A stretch of 64,000 nucleotides of DNA from Promethearchaeota archaeon (GCA_048938385.1 JBHLMG010000001.1:269044-333043); one strand, 5' to 3'; shown: positions 8,809 to 19,223, counted from the stretch's first letter. Notes: generated by a model from the letters alone, not told the origin. Made by a program: numbers and translations.

Positions 8809-11384
8809 CTGGATTCTCCCTGATGGGGATTCTCAATACCCTCAATAGCCTTTAGGGCACTTTCTGCTAGTTCGTACCGACCAATTACTTCAGCGACGCG
8901 TTGAATGCCTTGAAGTATATGTACCTGGTTATCGAGAAAACCAAAAATGTCGCCTGGGTAGATAAACAACTCATATTCTTTGAGAAAAGCAGAGTTTATC
9001 TGCGAGGGTACATGACCTCGATACCGCATATTTAAGATTGTTTTTGATACATTCCAAGTACCACAATCACAAAATGGGTTCTCCTCACATCGACAGTTAA
9101 AAAAGTCTACCGTCCACTTGCTGAATATCTTCAGGGCCCATGGCGGTAACCGTTTTAGTCGTCTACTCCGTTTGGCGCTCATTAAGTCTAAGACGGCTCC
9201 TGCGAAGAGTCTTGTGGCAAAGCGGGTTCGTAGAGAGCGTTCAATTTCGCTTTGGAGTCGAGGTGATAGGTACACATTTTGGATCGGTTCGAGTCGCACC
9301 GAAAGATCATCTGCATTTTCGTAGGGATATTCCTGAATAGCTGCAACATTTGATGCCGAGAAGAATGATAAGGCTGCAGCCCGTCCTAATTCTGTAGCTG
9401 TTATGTCTTCTCTACTTTGTGAGGCAAGGTGATGGTGCTTCAAGAAACCAAGCCCTTCTTTAAAGGTGATTGTTCGGGAAAGCAATTGATTATACGCTTT
9501 CTCAAGCTGCCCCCTTGTAATCGTGTCAAAACAGGAAAGGGTTGCTAAAAGTTGATTTACTGATTGTTCAAAGGTAGCCTCAGGTTGGACGGCTTCGATA
9601 GGGTTATTTAACAGATCTAAAGCCACTTCTTCCTCCGTTTTAGGCTCATCACCGAAATATCGACGACCAATTTCAGCTAACAACACGGCTTTACCGACAT
9701 CATGTTTTCCCAATCGTCCCGCTCGACCTAGCATTTGGGTGAATTCGCCAACACTGAGGGTTTTGGTTCCCATCATTAGTGTCTGAAAAATTACAGTACT
9801 CGCTGGAAAATCAACCCCCGCAGCTAATGCAGCAGTTGTAACGACCACAGCGATTTTTCCTTCTCCAAAAGCTTCCTCAATCTTGTGTCGTTGAGGATAT
9901 GTCATGCCAGCATGGTATGCACGGGCAGCAATCCCCTGGTTCTCAAGTTCCTTTGCAATTGTATGGGTATTCCGTCGTGAATTAGTAAAAACAATAGTTT
10001 GACCGCGGAAGCCATAGGAGCTTTTCTGTTGAAATTCTGCCTTACTGATATCTGCGATAATACGTAGCTTATCAACTTCGGTAAGTACCATGATTAAATG
10101 GCGTTGTAAAGGGACTGGTCTCCCACGGAGTATAACAGGAGTTAACACGAGATCTTGGGCAAGTTCCTCTGGGTTACCTACCGTGGCTGAAAGGGCAACT
10201 AATTGCGCTTTGGGAAAGAGTGTACGAAGGCGAGTGATTAATCCATCTAGCTCAGCTCCTCGATCCTCATCCGCCACCATCTGTACTTCGTCGATGACGA
10301 CAACACCTACATCTCCAAACTTCATTGCTTTACCTGAACGGAGGAGGTAATCGAAACCCTCGTAACTGGCTACAATGATGTTTGCATCAACTACATCATC
10401 ATCAACAATAACTAACGCTTCCTCTCCGACATCGATGGAGCTCATTCCAACGCGAATGGCAACTCGTAGTCCTAGGGGTTCGAATTTGTCCCGATACTCG
10501 TGGTACTTTTGGTTCGCTAAAGCTACAAGTGGTGAGAGGTAGATGTAAGTCTTGCCTTCCATGGCGGCTCTAAATCCTGTTAGTTCACCGATGAGTGATT
10601 TCCCACTGGTCGTATCCGATATAGCTAGGATAGATTCTCCTTCTAATAATCCGGCTTTCAAAGCCTTTGCCTGAATAGGGAGTAGGAATTCAATTCCGTG
10701 GGAATTCAGAACCTGTGTAATTTCTGAAGGAATAGGTAGTGTATTAATTGGTGTTTTCTCTTCAGGTTCTTTCACGGCATAAACTTGATCGTATAAGGTC
10801 ATGGCAGGGTTTTGACTAGGACGAAATTGGGAGGAGAGGAATGAAGCCACCTTTTCGACAGATCGTAATCGATGTAGCATCGTTTCTAAACTACGGTGAG
10901 TAGACTTTGATAGCTCAACATCCATTGACCGTAATCGATGGGTTAGCTCTCGGGATGCACATTGGTAACAGACGGGTTGTCCCTCTAGTTTGAAGACCTG
11001 TTGGCGACGTAACATGGTTAACCTCTCGTCTCCGATACATGAACTGCAAGCCCGAACAATAACAGGATCTTTTACACCAAAATCTCGGAGCATCCCCTTT
11101 AGGTCCGTAAGGAAAGGAAACCGCGGATTTCGTGGGATTACAATGTTTTCAGCATCTCGAACCCAATTTATGAATGTTCGTGGATCTATGGGGCGTACTC
11201 CTCCCTTTCTTAATAACAATAATTTGGAAGGCCGTAAGCGTCCTTGTTTCATCTGGAACTGAACCCGCGCGCGTATTATGGGTATTGTTGGTCGATTAGG
11301 ACGAAATACAATGCAATGGGCTTCTAACTCTTGCTTCTTTTCCGGAAAGAGTGCTAAACCAAATGGGGGTTTTATGGGTCGCAT
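8805..11384 (-). CDS. Archaeal SF2 DEAD/DEAH-box helicase with C-terminal Cys-rich (DUF5814-like) domain
   Basis: TTSGKS, DEVQ, SAT, QMLGRAGR; N-terminal CxxC..CxxC; C-terminal CRCEENPFCDC. Confidence 0.9.
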   Translation of the reverse strand: MRPIKPPFGLALFPEKKQELEAHCIVFRPNRPTIPIIRARVQFQMKQGRLRPSKLLLLRKGGVRPIDPRTFINWVRDAENIVIPRNPRFPFLTDLKGMLRDFGVKDPVIVRACSSCIGDERLTMLRRQQVFKLEGQPVCYQCASRELTHRLRSMDVELSKSTHRSLETMLHRLRSVEKVASFLSSQFRPSQNPAMTLYDQVYAVKEPEEKTPINTLPIPSEITQVLNSHGIEFLLPIQAKALKAGLLEGESILAISDTTSGKSLIGELTGFRAAMEGKTYIYLSPLVALANQKYHEYRDKFEPLGLRVAIRVGMSSIDVGEEALVIVDDDVVDANIIVASYEGFDYLLRSGKAMKFGDVGVVVIDEVQMVADEDRGAELDGLITRLRTLFPKAQLVALSATVGNPEELAQDLVLTPVILRGRPVPLQRHLIMVLTEVDKLRIIADISKAEFQQKSSYGFRGQTIVFTNSRRNTHTIAKELENQGIAARAYHAGMTYPQRHKIEEAFGEGKIAVVVTTAALAAGVDFPASTVIFQTLMMGTKTLSVGEFTQMLGRAGRLGKHDVGKAVLLAEIGRRYFGDEPKTEEEVALDLLNNPIEAVQPEATFEQSVNQLLATLSCFDTITRGQLEKAYNQLLSRTITFKEGLGFLKHHHLASQSREDITATELGRAAALSFFSASNVAAIQEYPYENADDLSVRLEPIQNVYLSPRLQSEIERSLRTRFATRLFAGAVLDLMSAKRSRRLKRLPPWALKIFSKWTVDFFNCRCEENPFCDCGTWNVSKTILNMRYRGHVPSQINSAFLKEYELFIYPGDIFGFLDNQVHILQGIQRVAEVIGRYELAESALKAIEGIENPHQGESS

Positions 11385-11457
11385 TTCTTTACACTATATG
11401 ATTCAGCTTTTGCAACGAGCATCTGGCAAGGCTTATTAGTCTTCTCTTATAGTAAGG

Positions 11458-12168
11458 GTGTCAGGGGTTCAGCGAGTGCGCCAAATTGAAATCTTCCCCG
11501 GCATATTATCCTTGATTTTAAGTAAGGCCGCTCGAGCAGGGCGGACTGAAATTGGCGGTTTCCTTATAGGTCGGATAGAACGCAGAAAATTAATTGTAAC
11601 TAGAGCAACATTTCCTCGGCAAGTTGGGACGCGCACTCATGTCTCCATTAACGATACAGATATGGCGATCCTCGCTGAGGAGCTCGCTGAACGAGGGGCA
11701 GGCGAAGTCATCATTGGGTGGCATCACACCCATCCAGGTCTTGGCGTGTTTATGTCAGGAACAGATGTCTCAACACAGCGCCGCTATCAAGCCTTCTTTC
11801 CCGAAGCTATTGCCATGGTAATGGACCCAATCAAATTCTCTGAAACCCTTAACCTCCAAGACCTAGATCTCCGAATTTACCGCGTAACAAATGGAAGCAC
11901 TGAAGAGCTCGATTATGTCTATGCTCACGATCCCTCTGAAATTATTCCTGATTTATACAGCATTATGCTTACTCTCGAAGAGCCAGCACACATGATTTTT
12001 GAGGATACTTGGTTTGAGAAGATGTTACGAGAAGTTTTTGGTGAAGAAGTGACCACACCCACCTTTACCTACCGGTTAGGTGACTTCTTAGAGGCTGCAG
12101 TGGCCTTTGGTACAATACTGTTTCTCGGAATTTTCATCGTTCTCGCTTTACTTGGGCTTATCGTCTAG
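11458..12168 (+). CDS. JAB1/MPN+ (JAMM) metalloprotease, Rpn11-like, with C-terminal TM anchor
   Basis: EIGGFLIG...WHHTHPGLGVFMSGTD, an intact JAMM motif; hydrophobic last ~24 aa. Confidence 0.9.
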   Translation: MSGVQRVRQIEIFPGILSLILSKAARAGRTEIGGFLIGRIERRKLIVTRATFPRQVGTRTHVSINDTDMAILAEELAERGAGEVIIGWHHTHPGLGVFMSGTDVSTQRRYQAFFPEAIAMVMDPIKFSETLNLQDLDLRIYRVTNGSTEELDYVYAHDPSEIIPDLYSIMLTLEEPAHMIFEDTWFEKMLREVFGEEVTTPTFTYRLGDFLEAAVAFGTILFLGIFIVLALLGLIV

Positions 12169-12260
12169 CTAGAAGCATTGACCACTACTTACAAACAACC
12201 TGAACGCCTCACGGATTAGATAGTCGCTAATTTAGAAGAATTAACTAAACCGAATTTACA

Positions 12261-12968
12261 CTATTCGGGTTCATCGAATCCTAAGGCCTTTAGAGCTGCG
12301 AGGATAGCCTCTTTATCATCCACAGAAACATCATCGTCTACTTCTGAACTTGCCTCAGAAATACTCACAGTCTCAAGGCCCGGTTCTTCAACGGGCGCGA
12401 TGGTCGGAGTGGCAACCGTGGGTTCTCCTTCCTCGACGACGGGTGTAATGGTCTCAGGAACCTCTTCGGGAGCTTCTGAAGCGCTCGAGCTTTCGGTCAC
12501 ATCTACTTCAGAAGTGGCTTCAATAGCAAGTGCCGGCTCTTCATGAACGGCTGGCATTTTACGGAAACCAAGCAGTTGTTCGGGTTCGAATGGGTGAGAT
12601 TCCATTATTTTTGTGACTTTTGTTGCATAAATCTTCATGAGTCCAATATAATATCCGAGACGAATTTGATCCCGACTAGCTCCGACTAGGAGGGTTTCCG
12701 GCGTTCCTCGCATAATAATGGTGAATCCCTTGTTTCCTCGGAGAATCACTTCAGAAAGGGTTCCTTGGCTCAGTTGCCTAAGGGTTTCCTCACCAACATT
12801 GACGAGGGTGGCAGTAGCTGCTGAGAAAATATCAGAATCAACATCGCCACTAACTGCACAGGCAAGACGAATCCCTTCTCGGGTCACAACGGCCAGAGCT
12901 TCAAGGCCTGTTGATTGTTCGATTCGTCTCATGAGATCTTGTAGTTCTTTAAAAGGAGTCTCTGCCAT
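12261..12968 (-). CDS. Roadblock/LC7 domain protein with long acidic tail
   Basis: ALAVVTREG...SAATATL...LSEVILRGNKG...LGYY Roadblock pattern; ~100-aa E/T/S/P-rich tail. Confidence 0.88.
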   Translation of the reverse strand: MAETPFKELQDLMRRIEQSTGLEALAVVTREGIRLACAVSGDVDSDIFSAATATLVNVGEETLRQLSQGTLSEVILRGNKGFTIIMRGTPETLLVGASRDQIRLGYYIGLMKIYATKVTKIMESHPFEPEQLLGFRKMPAVHEEPALAIEATSEVDVTESSSASEAPEEVPETITPVVEEGEPTVATPTIAPVEEPGLETVSISEASSEVDDDVSVDDKEAILAALKALGFDEPE

Positions 12969-13184
12969 CGTCTGCTACACTCTCTGTATGTGTCTATGTT
13001 GTTCTCTATTGTTTCCTATATCAAGGTTGCTGTAATGTCGGTGAGTTTTTTGGTAGTTTTGCGACCCTCGAAAACTCGTACTTGAAATTAAATACTTTCA
13101 GCTACCTCCTCTCGGTTCGCGTTCGCTGAAGCGTATTGGGGTTTTTATATGTTCTGTGAGAATCGCGAAGTGGGACAAGCTACC

Positions 13185-14282
13185 ATGGCGTCTACTTTTG
13201 ATGCACTCTTTAACGCAGACTATTTACCAACAAAACTGCTCCATCGAGATTTGGAACTTAACCTACTCTCAAAGCATTTTTCACCAGAGGAAAATTCCGA
13301 TCAGTCAATGAATGTCTTAGTTCATGGAAGTTTTGGTATTGGTCGGACAACGCTCCTCCGTTTTTTTGGACAACACGAAATGAAGACCTTTCACCAACCA
13401 CTCATTCGGTTTCAACAGAAACAACACAACGAAATCGTCGCAGATGCTCTTAACGCTCTAGCTCCAGCGTTACCTCAATCTACATCTCTCCCTGAACAAT
13501 GGACGCTTGTGAAGCGATTGCTTCGAAAAGCCGAGGTACCCTTACTCCTCACCTTTGACGATGTTGATCATCACACCAGCGAACTTTACGGTAAATTCTT
13601 ACAGATCTGTAAGGAAAATGGAGTCTCATCAATGGCCACGGCTCCCCGTTACTTCCCCAGACAACTTGAAGCAATCACATCCCAATTTCTTGATTTCTCT
13701 CTTGAATTGGCCCCTTTCTCTGATTATCAGTTTCTCGATATTGTTAAGCAACGAGTTGCTGAAGTTTATTCTAACCCTGTTCCCATACAAATTACTGAGT
13801 TTATGTCCGATCTCATTTGTCTTCTTGATTTTCAACGACCGGCTACTGTTGTGGACTTGCTTCAAAATCTCCACCCCCTACTATGTGGTCCCAACCTTAT
13901 TACAGCGGACACGATTCGACAAGCTTGCATAAACTCCAGTACGCTCCATTACGACTTTTGGAGCGAACATCTTTCAGGGCTAATGGAATTAGATGTCACC
14001 ACCGTTCTCCTCCTCCAAGCAATCGGGCAATACTTCGTGACCAATCCTGGCCAAATCTATGTCGCGAAATCTGCCTTACATTCCCAATTCCTGCAAGTCT
14101 CTGAATGCATTGGCTTAATTCCTTCTAGTTCTCAGTTCTCCCGTGCTCTTAACACCCTACTCTTTCAGGACTTATTGTTACATTCTCGATACTCATCAGA
14201 GAACTACTTCACTCTCCTTCCAGCTACAGGTTACCTAGATCTTGTTGAATTGCTCTTGGGTGAAAATCAAATCGAACAATAA
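13185..14282 (+). CDS. Divergent Orc1/Cdc6-family AAA+ protein
   Basis: N-terminal DYLPTKLLHRD, Walker A GSFGIGRT, Walker B LTFDDVD, LAPFS...DIVKQR, C-terminal wHTH-like region; alternative start 13149. Confidence 0.8.
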   Translation: MASTFDALFNADYLPTKLLHRDLELNLLSKHFSPEENSDQSMNVLVHGSFGIGRTTLLRFFGQHEMKTFHQPLIRFQQKQHNEIVADALNALAPALPQSTSLPEQWTLVKRLLRKAEVPLLLTFDDVDHHTSELYGKFLQICKENGVSSMATAPRYFPRQLEAITSQFLDFSLELAPFSDYQFLDIVKQRVAEVYSNPVPIQITEFMSDLICLLDFQRPATVVDLLQNLHPLLCGPNLITADTIRQACINSSTLHYDFWSEHLSGLMELDVTTVLLLQAIGQYFVTNPGQIYVAKSALHSQFLQVSECIGLIPSSSQFSRALNTLLFQDLLLHSRYSSENYFTLLPATGYLDLVELLLGENQIEQ

Positions 14283-14291
14283 TATTTCAGG

Positions 14292-14876
14292 TTAGCCTCT
14301 GGGTGGATTTTTCGCTAAAGCGCGTGCTAGTAACCGAGCAACACGAAGTGGTTCGGGGATGCTGCCAAACCTCGTAACTCGTCGTATCAACGCTTGAATC
14401 TCGTTCCACTTACAACCTTTAAACTGAACGAATACCGTCGAATGTGTATCTAGCAGTAGGGGTTGCAATTCCCCATTACGACGCGAAATTTTCCATCGGG
14501 CTTTCCAGTTCGATGGAAAAGTGTGAATCAAATGATCACGAAGGTTTTCATGGGGCTCACTGGTGACACTAATTACAGGAAGGTTAGTTACTTCGTGGAT
14601 CAAAGATAAATCAACAATATTGTATCCGGCGATCACTGTTCCTCGAATTAGTACACCGTTAAGATCGGTTCGTGATAAATCATGAACCATCTTGATGATT
14701 GTTTCCGATGCGTCTGTGCCTTGAATGGAAGCCTTGCCCCAAACTATTCCATCTATAATCAAATCGGCACGCATCACGATGCCACCTAATATCGTATGTG
14801 TAGAACCCGTGAGACCACTTTCAGCTATTCCTAACAAGCGGACCGATGGTTTCGAAAGCGATGATGCAGTCATCAA
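14292..14876 (-). CDS. DUF99 / endonuclease V-like protein
   Basis: LGIAES, GIVMRADLIIDG, GTDAS, IAGYNIVD, IPEPLRVA motifs. Confidence 0.88.
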   Translation of the reverse strand: MMTASSLSKPSVRLLGIAESGLTGSTHTILGGIVMRADLIIDGIVWGKASIQGTDASETIIKMVHDLSRTDLNGVLIRGTVIAGYNIVDLSLIHEVTNLPVISVTSEPHENLRDHLIHTFPSNWKARWKISRRNGELQPLLLDTHSTVFVQFKGCKWNEIQALIRRVTRFGSIPEPLRVARLLARALAKNPPRG

Positions 14877-14935
14877 ATGGTTACCCCTTTGTGATAGGGG
14901 TTAATCTAGGATAAAAGAAAGGATGAAGTGAACGG

Positions 14936-16453
14936 CTATGCAGGCGCGTTCAACTTCTTTCCTGGATGTGCGGTCTGCCACTTTTCCACAGGGATGGCAA
15001 ATTCTTGTTCGATTTTTGATCGATGGAGGCTATTCATTGCACAGAACGGTACGATTCGTCCATCAGGGATTGCGTAGTGGATGCCACAGCGTTCTAGACG
15101 TTCAAGGTCAAAGTTGTAGGGGTCTTGGAAGTGCATAGACCCAATCATGATGATACGTTCCATGAATTCAGCCAACGAATCGTAGTCCTTCTTTCTCAAG
15201 AATTGGTTCGCTAGCTTAAAGAGTAATCCTCGCTTCTTGAAGAAACGCATTGCTCCGATGATTCCACGAAGAGTGCCCCGTGTTTTGGCGCCCTTTTCGT
15301 AATCAATAGACATCTTTTCCAAGGTTCCCAAGAACGGTTCGACATCTACATACTTGGTGATAGGTTGGTATGAGCCATCTTCTTCAACGATGATAAAGGT
15401 GGCCATTCCACAGGCTGGATGGGTGGAAAATTCAACAGCCGGGGCCCCACCTCGTGCGCCGAGGGCGCGTGCAAGGGGGACGACGAACGGTACAGGATAC
15501 CAATCAGAGGTTTTGATAATTCCATCTGTCTGTTCTTCAGCAAGCTTCATCAGATCGGGGATTGTAATTCGCATTTCTTGCCGCTTCTCATAGTCGATTC
15601 GTCCTGTAATGGAGACTGGTTGGAAGTTAATGCACCTGATGATATCATGGTTTTCAACACCGAAGCGAATGATGTCGCCCACCTGTTCATGGTTGACTCC
15701 TCGAACTAGTGTGGGAACTAACACGATACTTCGAAGTCCTTCACTACGGCAATTCTCTAAGGCTTTCAGCTTCTGGGATAATAGGTTCACGCCACGAGCT
15801 GCAAGGTAGGGTTCTGGAGTTACGCCATCAAACTGCATGTAGACGGTGCTTAATCCTGCGTCGTAGAGCTTCTTTGGATAACCTTTCTGTGCCAATAATA
15901 GTCCATTTGAGGCAATTTCGACATGCGGGAAACCTGCCTCCTTAGCAGCTTTAATAATCTCAGGCAAATCTGCCCGCATTGTAGGTTCACCACCTGCAAA
16001 TTGGACTGCGGGTGCTGGGACAGGGCTGTTTGATCGGAGGTTAGCTAGCATTTCCTTGATTTCGTCAAGGCTGGGTTCATAGACATAACCTGCTTTGCCT
16101 GCATGAGCAAAACAAATGGGGCATTCAAGGTTGCACCGATTAGTAACATCAATTAAGGCGAGACAGGTGTGTGTTTTATGGTTTGGACAAAGGCCACAAT
16201 CATTAGGGCACAAGTTAACCGTTTCTGTTCGTGGATTGTCGAGACCGAGCCCTTCATAAGCAAAACCGAAGGCTCGGTGGAACTGCTCAGCACTTGACCA
16301 ATAGACATCTTTGAACTCCCCATGATCTTTACATTCTTTTCGAATCATAACCTTGCCATCTTCTTCATAGATTACCGCGTCAATAGTACGGAAACATTCT
16401 GGGCAAATTGATCGAGTAGTATACGGGAGCTCCTTGGGTTCCATTTTTTGCAT
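14936..16453 (-). CDS. tes: Tetraether lipid synthase (GDGT/macrocyclic archaeol synthase, radical SAM)
   Basis: N-terminal SICPEC..ECKDHG, CPNDCGLCPNH, CNLECPIC radical SAM motif, HPACG, C-terminal RCGIHY..VPFCAMN. Confidence 0.9.
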   Translation of the reverse strand: MQKMEPKELPYTTRSICPECFRTIDAVIYEEDGKVMIRKECKDHGEFKDVYWSSAEQFHRAFGFAYEGLGLDNPRTETVNLCPNDCGLCPNHKTHTCLALIDVTNRCNLECPICFAHAGKAGYVYEPSLDEIKEMLANLRSNSPVPAPAVQFAGGEPTMRADLPEIIKAAKEAGFPHVEIASNGLLLAQKGYPKKLYDAGLSTVYMQFDGVTPEPYLAARGVNLLSQKLKALENCRSEGLRSIVLVPTLVRGVNHEQVGDIIRFGVENHDIIRCINFQPVSITGRIDYEKRQEMRITIPDLMKLAEEQTDGIIKTSDWYPVPFVVPLARALGARGGAPAVEFSTHPACGMATFIIVEEDGSYQPITKYVDVEPFLGTLEKMSIDYEKGAKTRGTLRGIIGAMRFFKKRGLLFKLANQFLRKKDYDSLAEFMERIIMIGSMHFQDPYNFDLERLERCGIHYAIPDGRIVPFCAMNSLHRSKIEQEFAIPVEKWQTAHPGKKLNAPA

Positions 16454-16476
16454 TTTCTATGAACACTCCGTTATGG

Positions 16477-16496
16477 TTACCACTCTCGAGTGGTAA
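16477..16496. promoter_or_regulatory. Inverted repeat TTACCACTC-TC-GAGTGGTAA upstream of tes (operator or 5'UTR hairpin)
   Basis: Perfect 9-bp arms just over 20 bp upstream of the tes start, between tes and a divergent RHH gene. Confidence 0.5.
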
Positions 16497-16614
16497 GTTT
16501 GTATTGCTTGAGGACTGTGGTTCTTAAAAGACTTTTCCGAAAACTCCGAGTAGGAATCCGTTAGTTACGCGTTCAGAGAAAGCGTTATAATAATACTTGG
16601 GTATATATCAGCGT

Positions 16615-16812
16615 ATGTCCCGGGTAATACGCTTGCATTTGGTCTCTGTGAAGCTCCCTAAAGCCTATGTGAAAGGCTTAGACACACTGGTAGAACGCGG
16701 AACATACCCAACGCGAAGCGAGGCAATCCGAGTGGCTATCCGCGACCTCCTCAAACGCGAGCTATGGATTTCAGGCTCGCCTCTTACCATGCCAAAGACG
16801 CCATCGGACTAG
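16615..16812 (+). CDS. Ribbon-helix-helix (CopG/MetJ) transcriptional regulator
   Basis: VSVKLP...LDTLVERGTYPTRSEAIRVAIRDLL; start uncertain (16597 or 16615). Confidence 0.88.
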   Translation: MSRVIRLHLVSVKLPKAYVKGLDTLVERGTYPTRSEAIRVAIRDLLKRELWISGSPLTMPKTPSD

Positions 16813-16823
16813 TTCGTCAAACT

Positions 16824-17915
16824 TCAACGCTCACGAGTTCCCTCAATGAACTCTTCAACATACTTTTTTGCTATCGAATCTTCAATCTGTTCTGGAGGGT
16901 GTTTAAACGAATAGGCTGAGATGCTCAGAAGAGGCCCACTGACGCCTCGATCTAAGGCAATTTTCGTCGCCCGAATCACATCAGCCACAACTCCAGCGCT
17001 GTTCGGTGAATCCTCGACGGATAGCTTCAGGCTTATCTGTAGTGGCATATTACCCCATTTGCGCCCATGGGCGTGAATGTAACAAATCTTTGTGTCATTG
17101 AGGAAAGGGACATAATCGCTGGGACCAATTCGGGTAGGAACAGGGTAGTCCAAGATACTCGTCACAGCTTCAGTCTTGCTGATGCGCTTACTCTTGAGGC
17201 GGTGTTCTGCCAGCATGTTTTCAAAGTCAGTGTTGCCTCCGATATTGAGTTGGTAGGTTTCGTCGATCTCGATGCCACGGTCGGAGAGTAGTTGAGCGAT
17301 CACGCGGTGTAGAATCGTTGCACCCACTTGGCTTTTGATGTCGTCACCGGCCATTGGCAGTCCGGCATCGTGAAATTTGGCTTGCCACTTGGCGTCAGAG
17401 ACAATGAACTCAGGGATACAATTGATGAAAGCGCAGCCTGCATCGAGCGCGGCTTGAGCGTAATGGCGCGAAGCTTCGGCACTCCCGACGGGCAGAAAAT
17501 TGACTAATATTTCGGCACCCGCTTTTCGCAGCTCTTCTGCAACATCCACGGGTTCAATTTCCTTCGAATCATATACATCAAAGGAACTCTGCATGTGTTC
17601 GGCCACGCCGTCTAATATGGGTCCAGGCAAGACTTTCACATCTAGCTTGGGGGTATCAGCGAATTTGATGACGCAGTTGGGGCGTACAAAAATGGCTTCA
17701 CTCACATCTTTTCCAATTTTACCTGCGTTTATCTCGAATACTGCAACAAATTGGATATCGCGGGGTAAGTATCCGCCAAAAGAAGGGTGCATAAGTCCTG
17801 TAACTCGGTCCTCCTTCCCTGTAACATTCGCGTAATAATGGACGCCTTGAACCAAACTTGAAGCGCAATTTCCAAGGCCGGCAATAGCGACTTTGATCGG
17901 TCCCATAATCATCAC
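16824..17915 (-). CDS. ino1: myo-inositol-1-phosphate synthase
   Basis: GLGNCASSLVQG, GDDIKSQVGAT, QLNIGGNTDF, DSPNSAG. Confidence 0.96.
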   Translation of the reverse strand: MMIMGPIKVAIAGLGNCASSLVQGVHYYANVTGKEDRVTGLMHPSFGGYLPRDIQFVAVFEINAGKIGKDVSEAIFVRPNCVIKFADTPKLDVKVLPGPILDGVAEHMQSSFDVYDSKEIEPVDVAEELRKAGAEILVNFLPVGSAEASRHYAQAALDAGCAFINCIPEFIVSDAKWQAKFHDAGLPMAGDDIKSQVGATILHRVIAQLLSDRGIEIDETYQLNIGGNTDFENMLAEHRLKSKRISKTEAVTSILDYPVPTRIGPSDYVPFLNDTKICYIHAHGRKWGNMPLQISLKLSVEDSPNSAGVVADVIRATKIALDRGVSGPLLSISAYSFKHPPEQIEDSIAKKYVEEFIEGTRER

Positions 17916-18060
17916 CTAAATAGGATAGTTTATGATGATAAGGTATTCATGGCGTTTAAGCCGCAAACACAATTTAAGCATTTCTCCTTTCTTCCCGAAA
18001 AACCGATGTCGAGACAGCAAATTAAAATCGGTGTTTTCTCTTTAACACGAACGAGAAGCC

Positions 18061-19209
18061 ATGTCATCACTTAATGCTCGACTAAAACTCTCCAGTATTC
18101 TCCTTCCCGTACTGGTTGCAATCGGTATGATTGCATACTTCGTTGCGTTAAACCTCACCCTTACTCTTGTGAGCCTTCCGCTGCCCCAATCTTCAGCGGT
18201 TCGCTACTTCATCATACCCGTCGTTTTTGCCTTTCCTTGGATTCTGTTCGTCTATATTTTCCGTGAACGAACAATAAATGCTTCAGAGATAATGAACGCA
18301 AAGGGAAACCTGATCCCGCTCCGATGGCGCATGCTCTATGGCTTCAACACATTCATTATTTTGGGGCTATTCATTTTTCCCTTCATTTCACCGCCAATGG
18401 CTATTTTTGCTGCCTTAGTGTTGGCCTATCGTTTGGTTCACCGCTCAGAGGGTATTTGGAACAAATCTTCCGGTACGCGGACAGGTTATACCCTGATTCT
18501 CTTCCTTCTCCTCGCAGCAGTTCCTGTGTACCTGAGTGTAATATGGTTCCAGTATTTCTTGACCTCGGTAGTTGGAGTGATCTTCACTACATGGATTACC
18601 TACTTTGATTTAATGTACTTTACCTCGTTGTGCATCGCTAACGCGCTCTCTGTGGGCGCTCTCCTTGCCTTATCCTATGGCACCTTGGATGACCGAGGGA
18701 AACTTCGCTATGAAGATACTAAGAAAATGTGGATGATCTATTTCGGTCAGTTAGTCCTTATCGCCCTTCAATGGATCTTACTAAACCCTTGGATTAATTT
18801 TGGATTCACCTTTTCCAGCCCAGACCTCTTCGGGTTTGCAGGAACCTTCGGTAATATCACCTACATCAACTACATTTGTCTTGGTATCTTCGGAATCGTG
18901 TATCTAGTCAAGTTATTTGTCGGTCTTGGTAAAGGCATGAAGCTATCAATAATTGGCATTCTTTTTGCCGCTGCTTTTCTCCTAGTCGAGGTTCTAGCCA
19001 GTTTCATAGCCCTTCCAGGGACTCTCCTTAGACCCGTTCTTATCGTGGGTTCTAGCTTACTCTTCGTTCTCGCCTTCTCAATAAGCTTTTTCGCTGCTCC
19101 CGATGAACTCGTTGACTTTGAAACCCTCCAAGAAGAAGAAATTGATCCCTTAGAAAAACAAGCACGTGAGGAAGTAAAAGCGGCCGCGGTTGAAGACGAA
19201 GAGCCCTAA
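18061..19209 (+). CDS. Polytopic membrane protein (~9 TM) with acidic tail
   Basis: Multiple hydrophobic segments; no recognised family. Confidence 0.8.
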   Translation: MSSLNARLKLSSILLPVLVAIGMIAYFVALNLTLTLVSLPLPQSSAVRYFIIPVVFAFPWILFVYIFRERTINASEIMNAKGNLIPLRWRMLYGFNTFIILGLFIFPFISPPMAIFAALVLAYRLVHRSEGIWNKSSGTRTGYTLILFLLLAAVPVYLSVIWFQYFLTSVVGVIFTTWITYFDLMYFTSLCIANALSVGALLALSYGTLDDRGKLRYEDTKKMWMIYFGQLVLIALQWILLNPWINFGFTFSSPDLFGFAGTFGNITYINYICLGIFGIVYLVKLFVGLGKGMKLSIIGILFAAAFLLVEVLASFIALPGTLLRPVLIVGSSLLFVLAFSISFFAAPDELVDFETLQEEEIDPLEKQAREEVKAAAVEDEEP

Positions 19210-19223
19210 AACCTAGAATTTGG

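Noticed and set aside
12969-13184. Replication origin upstream of the Cdc6-like gene
   Set aside because: Short gap with no ORB repeats or long AT-rich tract
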